In this document: in pieces, positions 1 to 7,330 of the stretch
How positions within the stretch are numbered: position 1 is the stretch's first letter
How the letters are laid out: each line of letters starts with the position of its first letter
Origin: a virus
Strand: one strand, 5' to 3'
DNA length: 64,000 nucleotides
Virus record (IMG/VR): IMGVR_UViG_3300010399_000040
Coordinates: 3,427 to 67,426 of that record
Program-made: the position numbers and the translations under genes
Notes under the pieces: model-generated
Seen by the model: the letters and a program-made list of their open reading frames with translations, nothing else
Told to the model about the DNA's origin: nothing
Database searches by the model: none

Positions 1-198
1 AATCTTGTCGCCGATGTCGAATCCCTCCTCCTTCGCTTTCGGACCGACCGCCAGGACGGTGGCCCAAAGTGAATACGTCACGCTAACGTCAGCTAACACG
101 ATGCTGCCGACTTTGGTCGTCGGCTTATCGCGCTGCGCCACGATGCGGTTCATGTGAGCTTCAAACTTCGGCGCCTTCTTGTTTATCTCGGGTCTCAC
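1..198 (-). CDS. groES: GroES-like co-chaperonin (partial, runs off window start)
   Basis: Manual translation from GTG at 198, overlapping the upstream TGA: MRPEINKKAPKFEAHMNRIVAQRDKPTTKVGSIVLAD...ATVLAVGPKAKEEGFDIGDKI; matches the Cpn10 pattern. Not in the ORF track. Confidence 0.75.
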   Translation of the reverse strand, partial: MRPEINKKAPKFEAHMNRIVAQRDKPTTKVGSIVLADVSVTYSLWATVLAVGPKAKEEGFDIGDKI

Positions 199-1403
199 AA
201 TATCTCCTTGAAGGTCGGTAGTGGCACTATGAACTTCCCACCGCGAGCTAGCCACTCACGCTCGCGCAGGAGGAACTCGCTGATGAACGCGTAAGGGAGG
301 ATGAGGAAGCGCTGCGCGCGCCTCCGTCCGAACTCCTCGTCGTGTATCGGTATGTCCGTTCCGACCGTCTTGCGGCCGTGCTTCTCCACGCTCTTGTCGA
401 CAGCTCCGTCGATGAGCGACCTGTCGAACCCGTACCACTGGAGGATCGTGTTGCCCTTCGTCGATGCGCCGTAGACCCACACAAGGTGATGTCGGCTGAC
501 GTAGTCGACGCATCTGTCCCGTTGCTCGCACAGCCGACGGAACCAATCCTTCCACATGCGAGGTTGCGTAATCTCTTGCTCGACACCGCGGGCGAGCTGC
601 ACGTTCAAGCTTTCAGGTCCATCGCCTCCAGCGTGCCTCACGAACAACCTGTAGCTCTGCCCGTTGCAGTCGTTCGTTTCGACGTCAAATATCTCCAGAC
701 CATGCGATGCAAAGAGTCGGTCGAGCGAGCGCAGTGTGTAGAACTCCAGATGTTCGTGGCACAGGTTGCCTACGTCCATCATCTGGTACATGTTGTACGC
801 GCACATGAGCTGCGCGATGAACACTCCGTCCTTATGCAGGACGTGTGCGACGTCGCGTATGAATTGGTTCGGGTCTTCGAGGTCGTAGAACATGCCGAGC
901 GCCGTCACGACCTTGAACTTCGTGTCCGCGAAGCTACCGAGAGCTCCGACGCTCCAGAAGTCGCTCACGAGCATGCTTAGCCCGCGCCGACCGTCCTCCA
1001 CAAGGTTGAGAGCGGGCTCCACGCCCACCCTCACTGTGTCAGGTCGCATGTATCCGAGCTGACGCAGGAACGTACCGTCGTTGGAACCTATGTCGAGGAT
1101 GCTGTCGCCGTCAGCGAGGTACTGAATCGAGACGCTCGCGAGGTCGCCTAGATGCTTCCGCATCCAGTCGGTAGTGCCGCTGCGATACCAGTAGTGACGC
1201 GTGTACATGAAGTCGCTTGGCGCGGTGTGGAGCTGCTGCACGAGCGTGCAGTCGCTGCACATGACGACGTCGATGGGCACCTTAGCGTCGTCAGGTGGCT
1301 GCGTTTTGACGAAGTCGCTGACATGCTGAGCACCTAGCGAGAACAACTCCTGTAGCGAGCGCGAGCCGCACGCCCTACACGTGCTACGAGTCGTGTACGT
1401 CAC
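195..1403 (-). CDS. NDP-hexose C-methyltransferase-like SAM-dependent methyltransferase
   Basis: N-terminal CRAC...CSDC zinc site, LDIGSNDG SAM motif, HEH, YGASTKGNT C-terminal domain; GTG start at 1403 overlaps upstream stop (track start 1424). Confidence 0.85.
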   Translation of the reverse strand: MTYTTRSTCRACGSRSLQELFSLGAQHVSDFVKTQPPDDAKVPIDVVMCSDCTLVQQLHTAPSDFMYTRHYWYRSGTTDWMRKHLGDLASVSIQYLADGDSILDIGSNDGTFLRQLGYMRPDTVRVGVEPALNLVEDGRRGLSMLVSDFWSVGALGSFADTKFKVVTALGMFYDLEDPNQFIRDVAHVLHKDGVFIAQLMCAYNMYQMMDVGNLCHEHLEFYTLRSLDRLFASHGLEIFDVETNDCNGQSYRLFVRHAGGDGPESLNVQLARGVEQEITQPRMWKDWFRRLCEQRDRCVDYVSRHHLVWVYGASTKGNTILQWYGFDRSLIDGAVDKSVEKHGRKTVGTDIPIHDEEFGRRRAQRFLILPYAFISEFLLREREWLARGGKFIVPLPTFKEIL

Positions 1404-1591
1404 TTTAGAAGTTTCTCCAACCATCGCTCAGCCTCCTCCGCACCCTGTCTGAGCACGCGCCGAGCCCACGCGTCCAACGCGTTCAACTTCGCTCTGCGCT
1501 CCTCGCAGCAGCAGTCGCCGATGAGCGCCTTCACTCGCTGCTCAGTCACGCCCGCAAGCGAAAGCGCCTTCTGCACGTAGTCTCCGAGCAT
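1400..1591 (-). CDS. small Cys-containing hypothetical protein
   Basis: MLGDYVQKAL...DCCCEERRAKLN; stop coupled to next gene start. Confidence 0.55.
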   Translation of the reverse strand: MLGDYVQKALSLAGVTEQRVKALIGDCCCEERRAKLNALDAWARRVLRQGAEEAERWLEKLLK

Positions 1592-2015
1592 GCTCCACCA
1601 GAGCTCCATCGCCGGAAGTCAGTTCGGTACATCCGAAGCACGCGAGGCCGACGACGTCAACGACGTACGGACCGACGCCCGGTAGGTCGCGCAAGTCCTT
1701 CCACGTGTCGGTGAGGAACACCTGCGAGAAGCGGACGAGTCGCGTCGCGCGAGTGTGTTGGAAGCCGAGTGGTCGGAGCAGATCAGCGAGCTCGCGGCGG
1801 TCAGCCTTCGCGAGCGACGGAGGGTCGGGGTAGCGAGCGAGGAGCTTCGCGAGCACCGGTTGCATCGCTACGCGCCGCGTGCGGTTCAGCAGAATGCTCG
1901 CGACGCACACGCGCCACGGGCATCCGCCGAGCCCACACTGTATAGGGACGGCGTCGAAGTCCAGCTCGTCCGTCGTAGCGAGCGTCAGCACGCGCTCGCG
2001 GGGCAGAGGTATCAC
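1542..2015 (-). CDS. HhH-GPD family DNA glycosylase (endonuclease III/MBD4-like)
   Basis: PWRVCVASILLNRT, LLRPLGF, LRDLPGVGPYVVD helix-hairpin-helix motif; GTG start overlapping upstream TGA. Confidence 0.8.
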   Translation of the reverse strand: MIPLPRERVLTLATTDELDFDAVPIQCGLGGCPWRVCVASILLNRTRRVAMQPVLAKLLARYPDPPSLAKADRRELADLLRPLGFQHTRATRLVRFSQVFLTDTWKDLRDLPGVGPYVVDVVGLACFGCTELTSGDGALVEHARRLRAEGAFACGRD

Positions 2016-2437
2016 CGTAGCTCCTTCAGCACTTGGAGGTGCTTGCACGCGCCGTTGGTCTTGAACTGCCAGCAGGAGCACGCACCGCCGACGACAGTGT
2101 GCTCCTCCGCGTCGTCGTGGGTGCCGATCACGCTCCAAGTGTCGGGTCCTACCTTGCAGACAGCGAAGGTCTGCGCGTTACACACCTTCAGCACGCGCCG
2201 ACCCTCGACCACGTCGAGGATCACTTTGCGCTGTAGCGGCGTCAGCTGCGCTGCCTTCTTCGCTATCCTGTGGAGCTTCGGCGGCTTCGGCTTCCTCGGT
2301 GGCACCGGCACCTCGCCGAGGTAGGAGTTCGCGTTGACTCTCGCGAGCAACTCCCCGATCGTCTCCTTCGGCTTGTGCCCTGTCGTGTAACTGCTAGCGA
2401 GCGTCCTACCTTCGCTGCTCGGGTCGTGGTTAGCCAT
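2012..2437 (-). CDS. SWIM zinc-finger protein
   Basis: CSCWQFKTNGACKH; start moved to ATG 2437 because the upstream part of the track ORF is a ribozyme. Confidence 0.7.
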   Translation of the reverse strand: MANHDPSSEGRTLASSYTTGHKPKETIGELLARVNANSYLGEVPVPPRKPKPPKLHRIAKKAAQLTPLQRKVILDVVEGRRVLKVCNAQTFAVCKVGPDTWSVIGTHDDAEEHTVVGGACSCWQFKTNGACKHLQVLKELR

Positions 2438-2454
2438 CGCGACGTCTCTCAGAG

Positions 2455-2515
2455 CGACCTGGCTCATCAGCGTGCGGCGGTCAGCACGCACAGACGCCCT
2501 TGCGGGCGTTTCGCC
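2455..2515 (-). ncRNA. type II hammerhead ribozyme HHR1 (GUC, cut 2493/2492)
   Basis: GGC-GAAA-CGCCC(GCAA)GGGCG-UC|UGUGCG(UGCUGACCGC)CGCACG-CUGAUGA-GCC-AGGUCG; loop UGACC pairs with tail GGUCG. Confidence 0.92.
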
Positions 2516-3421
2516 TCACTTGACAATCGCAGGTATCGCAGCCTTCGCGTGGTAGTTAAGCGAGGTCGGCTCCTCCTTGCGCCATGCGTTCCACGCGTGG
2601 AGGCACTTAACGTACATCTCACGGGAGGCGACAATCTTACGTTCTATTCCGGATCGCCTCGTCATTGAAGCTCTTACGAGGAACCGTGCGAGCACCCTCG
2701 TCGGACACATGTTGTCCGGCGCAGACTCGTCCTTCACTTTCGCCCAGAACTCCGTCGCAGCTCCTCGCGTCGAAGAGCGATCGAAGGTCGCCATCATCGC
2801 GCGCACTACAGGTTCGCGGAGCATATGCTTCGCTGGAGACATAGCAGACTTCGTGTCGCTGCTGCCGCAGAGCTTCTTCAGCCAGAGGCAGAAATCCTGA
2901 CGCTCGATGAGCTGCTCAGCTCTCTCCGCGTGGGGCACGCGCGCTATCTCTGCATCAGACCACTTCAAGTTAGCTGCCGCCGACACCGTGAGGTTGATGT
3001 ACTTCGTACCGACGTCTTTCAGCTCCGGGATCGTAGCAGCGAACGACAGGTTGACGTCGCTATGCGTCCTGCTGGACAAGTTGCTGTCGTAAGTGGCGTA
3101 CAACATAGCCGCGTCGTTCAACGTGTCGCACTTCCACCGCTCCAGGATAACGTAGAAATCAAGAGGGAGCTTCTCCTGTGAGCCCAGCATAACTGACGTG
3201 TGCTTGCCGTTCACTCGGTACGTGCAGTTAGTCTCCTTGCAGAGCACCGACGCCCACGTGACAGGGCGAAAGTTTCCGTCCTTCAAGATGCGGCGGTACA
3301 CCAGCAACCGTCGTTCGCTCAACGGACGATCGTGCGGCGCCGGTTCCATCTCCACGAACTCCTTGACCAGCGCCTGCGTAGGCAATATCGTCCTCGGTTT
3401 CTCCATCTGCGACCATGCCAT
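2516..3421 (-). CDS. ParB/DGQHR-like N-terminal domain protein
   Basis: DRPLS...RVNGKHT resembles the DGQHR motif; GAGG RBS. Confidence 0.5.
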   Translation of the reverse strand: MAWSQMEKPRTILPTQALVKEFVEMEPAPHDRPLSERRLLVYRRILKDGNFRPVTWASVLCKETNCTYRVNGKHTSVMLGSQEKLPLDFYVILERWKCDTLNDAAMLYATYDSNLSSRTHSDVNLSFAATIPELKDVGTKYINLTVSAAANLKWSDAEIARVPHAERAEQLIERQDFCLWLKKLCGSSDTKSAMSPAKHMLREPVVRAMMATFDRSSTRGAATEFWAKVKDESAPDNMCPTRVLARFLVRASMTRRSGIERKIVASREMYVKCLHAWNAWRKEEPTSLNYHAKAAIPAIVK

Positions 3422-3440
3422 TGCAATCTACCTCTGCGAG

Positions 3441-3501
3441 GGAACTGCCTCCTCAGCAGCGAGAGTTCATCCTCGCTGGACGCCCTTTCGGGCGTTTCGG
3501 C
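3441..3501 (-). ncRNA. type II hammerhead ribozyme HHR2 (GUC, cut 3479/3478)
   Basis: GCC-GAAA-CGCCC(GAAA)GGGCG-UC|CAGCGAG(GAUGAACU)CUCGCUG-CUGAGGA-GGC-AGUUC; pseudoknot GAACU/AGUUC. Confidence 0.93.
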
Positions 3502-3705
3502 TCACTCCTCGTCGGTGTCCTCCGTCACTACCATCTCGTTGATGGACTCCCTCAACTGCACGACCTCATAGTCGTCGATGTTTGGCTCGCCGTCGAACTC
3601 GCTCAACTTATCGTTGAGAGCATCGTTCGCGGCGTCCTCCGTGTCGTAACTGCCGTACACGCAGCAGGCGCTCACGTGGTTGATGCCGTACTTCATCGCG
3701 ATCAT
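3502..3705 (-). CDS. small acidic hypothetical protein
   Basis: ORF with GGAGG RBS; stop abuts HHR2. Confidence 0.6.
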   Translation of the reverse strand: MIAMKYGINHVSACCVYGSYDTEDAANDALNDKLSEFDGEPNIDDYEVVQLRESINEMVVTEDTDEE

Positions 3706-3716
3706 CCTCCGGGGTT

Positions 3717-3746
3717 AAGATACTGTCTCTTATATGCGAAAGTCTA
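3717..3746 (-). promoter_or_regulatory. candidate internal sigma70 promoter
   Basis: TAGACT-N18-TATCTT in an AT-rich intergenic gap. Confidence 0.35.
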
Positions 3747-4349
3747 CCTCACACCTCCGATCAGCTGAGCCACGATCCGGTCGGCGCACACAGGGCCGAT
3801 GCCACGTGTGACGCTCTCCGGCGTAGTCAGAGGCCGACCGCAGCATCCGCATCGGCCCTCGTGGTGTATCCTGAAACCGTTCGCTTCGATTACGTCGAGT
3901 TCGTCGGCGAACAGACGCTTCAGCACCTTGTTGAGCAACTTCACAGGGAAGCTGTCGAGGGAGTAGCTGCTCCTCCCAGTGACTCTGACTTGGCCGTCGA
4001 CCAACTTGCCGACGTACGTGTAGTCGGCCGTGTTGTTGGGGCCCGTCAAAAGCTTTACGAAGTAGGCCACTGGCCAGTTACCGTTCGCCTCCACGCGTTG
4101 CGCCCTGTAGGTGTAGTGTCGTGCTTCCGTCGCGCGGTAGCGCTCCGGTATCTCGACGGTGAAGATAGCGTCACCAGCTAGGAGCCAGCTACTGGAGAGT
4201 CGAAAGCTTTCGGTTGAGCTCTCTGGCCTCGGCGTGGGCTCGCTGACGGTCTCCTGTGACGAAGACGACGTCGAACCATCCGTCAGCGCAGACGAACCCG
4301 ACGAAGAACGCTCTTTCGTCTGGGCATACAACGACTTGGTACACGACAT
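3744..4349 (-). CDS. DUF6011-like zinc-ribbon protein
   Basis: C-terminal CGCCGRPLTTPESVTRGIGPVCA. Confidence 0.75.
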   Translation of the reverse strand: MSCTKSLYAQTKERSSSGSSALTDGSTSSSSQETVSEPTPRPESSTESFRLSSSWLLAGDAIFTVEIPERYRATEARHYTYRAQRVEANGNWPVAYFVKLLTGPNNTADYTYVGKLVDGQVRVTGRSSYSLDSFPVKLLNKVLKRLFADELDVIEANGFRIHHEGRCGCCGRPLTTPESVTRGIGPVCADRIVAQLIGGVR

Positions 4350-4369
4350 GGTACTCTCTTCCAGCGAGG

Positions 4370-4429
4370 GAACTGCCTCATCAGTGCGGAGAGTTCATCC
4401 TCCGCAAACGCCCGTGAGGGCGTTTCGGC
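4370..4429 (-). ncRNA. type II hammerhead ribozyme HHR3 (GUU, cut 4407/4406)
   Basis: GCC-GAAA-CGCCC(UCAC)GGGCG-UU|UGCGGAG(GAUGAACU)CUCCGCA-CUGAUGA-GGC-AGUUC. Confidence 0.93.
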
Positions 4430-4639
4430 TCAAGTTTTTATTGTCGATTCCAACAAGAAGCCTATTGAACTCTTCTTCGTCCGCTCCAGACACTTGTCAC
4501 ACACTGCCAGGCCGCTACCCCTTGGTCCGCCTACATTCTCGCCGCCGAACTCAAATCCAGCTGTGAAAGGTTCATCGCAAAAATCACACATAGGCCATTC
4601 ATCTTTGACAGATAGCCTCCGTATGCGTCGAATCTGCAT
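4430..4639 (-). CDS. small zinc-finger protein
   Basis: CDFC...CDKC; GGAGG RBS. Confidence 0.6.
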   Translation of the reverse strand: MQIRRIRRLSVKDEWPMCDFCDEPFTAGFEFGGENVGGPRGSGLAVCDKCLERTKKSSIGFLLESTIKT

Positions 4640-4787
4640 GCTTCACCTCCTCTCCTGTGAGGGTATATGTCGGAGCTTCCTCTCCTTCCACCCACGTGTA
4701 GAAGTTCGGTAGGTTGTTCATCCGCAGGAACTCCTGCCGCTCCTCGAACGGCAGGAGTTCCGCGATCTTCTCAAGCTCGGTCCGCAT
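4599..4787 (-). CDS. hypothetical protein
   Basis: ORF MRTELEKIAELL... overlapping neighbours. Confidence 0.45.
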   Translation of the reverse strand: MRTELEKIAELLPFEERQEFLRMNNLPNFYTWVEGEEAPTYTLTGEEVKHADSTHTEAICQR

Positions 4788-4980
4788 TCGCCACCGCCTC
4801 GTGGAACTCGCCACGGTAGTAGGCCGCCACCACCTCGTTCAAGGCGTCAGCTACCATCGCAGCGACGTCGCCCAACGGAACGTTGCCTCCGCCGGCGTCA
4901 GCTTGGTCCACTTCCAACTCGCCGGAGACGATTAGCGTCCTATCCGGCCTCATGGAAGCAGTGAAAGGTCTCGGGTACAC
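4771..4980 (-). CDS. hypothetical protein
   Basis: GTG start after GAGGAG RBS, downstream of HHR4. Confidence 0.55.
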   Translation of the reverse strand: MYPRPFTASMRPDRTLIVSGELEVDQADAGGGNVPLGDVAAMVADALNEVVAAYYRGEFHEAVANADRA

Positions 4981-4996
4981 ATTGCTCTCCTCATGT

Positions 4997-5067
4997 TGAG
5001 GGGACTGCCTCATCAGTCGGAAGCATTTCAAGCTTCCGAAACTTGGAGCAGAGCTCCAAGTTTCGGC
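4997..5067 (-). ncRNA. type II hammerhead ribozyme HHR4 (GUU, cut 5040/5039)
   Basis: GCC-GAAA-CUUGGAGC(UCU)GCUCCAAG-UU|UCGGAAGC(UUGAAAU)GCUUCCGA-CUGAUGA-GGC; loop UUGA may pair with downstream UCAA. Confidence 0.9.
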
Positions 5068-5068
5068 G

Positions 5069-5479
5069 TCAGATCGCGAGAATCTGCTTGAACTTCTTAA
5101 TCGTGTCCATGTGAGGATTGCGATAGAGCACGTAATCACCGTCTCCGACCTTGACGAGCAGATCGCGTTCGTACTCACAGCCCCGCCACGACCCGTGCAG
5201 CCAACCGACGACGTTCTTGTTCATCCACGCGCTGAACGAAGGTTTACTCGCCAACTCTTGGGCTTCCTGCCGCTCTTCCTCAGTTGCACCACTGGGAGTC
5301 GAGTACTTCGCTTCGATGCTCTTGAGACGTTGCTCCTCAACTGGCGAACGGAGAGCGACTGGAATGAGCGCCTGCAGATCGCTGAAAGTGCCGATCGACC
5401 TCATCTGCTTGAGGATGCTCTTGGTGAGCTTACAGGTCCGCAACTCCGCTTCGCCAGTCCGGACAATGACATCTGCCAT
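5069..5479 (-). CDS. hypothetical protein
   Basis: ATG after AAGGAG RBS (MADVIVRT...). Confidence 0.6.
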   Translation of the reverse strand: MADVIVRTGEAELRTCKLTKSILKQMRSIGTFSDLQALIPVALRSPVEEQRLKSIEAKYSTPSGATEEERQEAQELASKPSFSAWMNKNVVGWLHGSWRGCEYERDLLVKVGDGDYVLYRNPHMDTIKKFKQILAI

Positions 5480-5568
5480 GGTAAAACTCCTTGTTGAGCT
5501 CTGCTCGGATTGAGTCAGTAGCTCGTGTAGTGCTGGCTCCGGGCTCCAGCACAGCGCGAGACACTGCG

Positions 5569-5787
5569 TCAGTGCCACCAGCACACCTCGCAGATCGGGC
5601 ACACGAGGGTGTGACCATGCTGCGTGATGACTACCTTCTCATGGGCGTCGTCGTACCTCCAGCACTTCGGGCACTCGTGACCTGGGTCGTGACCCAAATC
5701 AGCGAGTCGCCGACCAGACTCAGTGAACATCGCGCAGTGGAACTTGACCCTGTCGCACAGGGCGGGTAGAGAGTCCATCTCTTTCAT
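5569..5787 (-). CDS. small Cys/His-rich zinc-binding protein
   Basis: HECPKC...CPIC. Confidence 0.55.
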   Translation of the reverse strand: MKEMDSLPALCDRVKFHCAMFTESGRRLADLGHDPGHECPKCWRYDDAHEKVVITQHGHTLVCPICEVCWWH

Positions 5788-5798
5788 TCTTCGCGAGG

Positions 5799-5860
5799 GA
5801 CCTGCCTCGTCAGGCGACGGAGGTCGTACCGTCGCGACACCGCTTGTGCGGTGTTTCGGC
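5799..5860 (-). ncRNA. type II hammerhead ribozyme HHR5 (GUC, cut 5836/5835)
   Basis: GCC-GAAA-CACCGC(ACAA)GCGGUG-UC|GCGACGG(UACGACCU)CCGUCGC-CUGACGA-GGC-AGGUC; pseudoknot GACCU/AGGUC. Confidence 0.93.
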
Positions 5861-6429
5861 TAGAACTCACCTGTGTAATTCCTGAGCTTCATCGCATCGG
5901 CCTCTCGGCCGTTGTCGCTGAGGTAGTCGCAGTACACGTCTATCGGCAATCGTTCGTCTGGGTTGTCGAGGATCGCTTCCAAGAGAGCGTAGTGGTCGCG
6001 CCCAGCGAACGATCCGGCGTTCTTCGCTTGGGAGTAGAGTAGAAGCAACTTGAGGAGGTCCTTGCGGCACTCTTTGTCGGTCACTGAGTAGTTGTCGCAG
6101 TCGGCGTTCGCCCTCGCGACACCCGCGGCATTGAGCTGCAGTCGTACGGGAGCTAACCACTGCCTCAGTTGCGCCTCATCAAGTCGCTTAGTCTCGGCGG
6201 AAGCTAACTCGGGAAGGCGAGCTACGATGTGCATCACTGCCTCGAGCACTTGAGCGCGCCTGAACCGACGCCCCAAGAACACCGCTGTTCGGGGACCGCG
6301 GAGGTTGACGTATATCTCGACTCTGTTTCCGACGTGTATCGTTGCGCTGTAATAACCATGCGCTTCTAACCTCGCGTTCACACCTCCGGCGTTGAGCGAC
6401 TGGACGACGGCGTCCAAGAAGTCCTGCAT
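5860..6429 (-). CDS. protein with C-terminal TIGR02996-like domain
   Basis: ALLEAILDNPDERLPIDVYCDYLSDNG; ATG 6429 after GGAGG. Confidence 0.65.
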   Translation of the reverse strand: MQDFLDAVVQSLNAGGVNARLEAHGYYSATIHVGNRVEIYVNLRGPRTAVFLGRRFRRAQVLEAVMHIVARLPELASAETKRLDEAQLRQWLAPVRLQLNAAGVARANADCDNYSVTDKECRKDLLKLLLLYSQAKNAGSFAGRDHYALLEAILDNPDERLPIDVYCDYLSDNGREADAMKLRNYTGEF

Positions 6430-6446
6430 GAACTCTTCCTCCGGAG

Positions 6447-6513
6447 CGACCTGGCTCATCAGCACGTGGAGGTCGTTCCACGTGGACACCGGGCTCTCAC
6501 CCGGTGTTTCGCC
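6447..6513 (-). ncRNA. type II hammerhead ribozyme HHR6 (GUC, cut 6485/6484)
   Basis: GGC-GAAA-CACCGGG(UGAGAG)CCCGGUG-UC|CACGUGGA(ACGACC)UCCACGUG-CUGAUGA-GCC-AGGUCG. Confidence 0.93.
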
Positions 6514-6960
6514 TTACTTCGTGATACCAAGCGCTTTGAGTTGCTCCTTGACCCGCTCGGCTTCCGCCGGGTTGGTCGCGAGCAGCGTCTTGAGCATCTC
6601 GGTCACCGAATCGGCCGTCACGGCCTTCGGAGCGCGAGGCGCCTTGCCGATCTCCTCCGCAGTGCCACCGAGGTGGTGGAGCAGCGGAGTGCCGACAGTC
6701 ATGAAGTTGTGACTCACGACAAAGTAGGTCTTTCCATGGAGGTCGACCTTGAACGCTCGCCGTGGCCCGCTGTCGCGCGCGCTCGCCGCCTTCACCGCCT
6801 CCTCCGAAGTGGCGAAGATCGCTGGAAGGTCCTTCCAGCTCGTTTTCTTCTCCTTCTTCGGAGCGTCACCGGCCACCGGGACCTTCGCGTCCCCACCCTT
6901 GTGGGTGGTGGGAGCGGTCTGGGCTTTCGGGGAAGCGGGGGCCGTCTTGACATCTGCCAT
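6514..6960 (-). CDS. Ala/Lys-rich hypothetical protein
   Basis: ATG after AGGAG (MADVKTAPASPK...). Confidence 0.6.
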   Translation of the reverse strand: MADVKTAPASPKAQTAPTTHKGGDAKVPVAGDAPKKEKKTSWKDLPAIFATSEEAVKAASARDSGPRRAFKVDLHGKTYFVVSHNFMTVGTPLLHHLGGTAEEIGKAPRAPKAVTADSVTEMLKTLLATNPAEAERVKEQLKALGITK

Positions 6961-7014
6961 TGTAGAGCTCCTGAACGCAGCTTCAGTGGGTGCTGCTGGA
7001 CCCGTACCGAGGAA

Positions 7015-7079
7015 AACCTGCCTCGTCAGAGTGGGTAGGTTAACTCCCACCTACACTGCACTATATGCAGTGTTTCGGC
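7015..7079 (-). ncRNA. type II hammerhead ribozyme HHR7 (GUA, cut 7052/7051)
   Basis: GCC-GAAA-CACUGCA(UAUAG)UGCAGUG-UA|GGUGGG(AGUUAACCUA)CCCACU-CUGACGA-GGC-AGGUU; pseudoknot AACCU/AGGUU. Confidence 0.9.
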
Positions 7080-7084
7080 TCGCA

Positions 7085-7303
7085 TCACTTGATCGAGAAC
7101 TCCTTAGCCGTCTCCTCGCGGTACTTCTTGTAGAGGATGGAGTACGACGGGGAGTAGTGGCAGCTCAACTCGGGGAACACTTCGCGATCGATGTCACGGA
7201 AAGTCGCGCCTTCGAGTCGCTTCTGAGCGACCTCGTCGGTCAAGTACTTCTGGACACCGCTAGGGAGCTTGTTGAAGTCGCGGAGAATGGACTTAGTCTG
7301 CAT
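7085..7303 (-). CDS. hypothetical protein (first gene of early operon)
   Basis: ATG after GAGGTG RBS (MQTKSILRD...). Confidence 0.6.
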   Translation of the reverse strand: MQTKSILRDFNKLPSGVQKYLTDEVAQKRLEGATFRDIDREVFPELSCHYSPSYSILYKKYREETAKEFSIK

Positions 7304-7330
7304 AGAGCACCTCGTGTATTTGAGTGAGAG

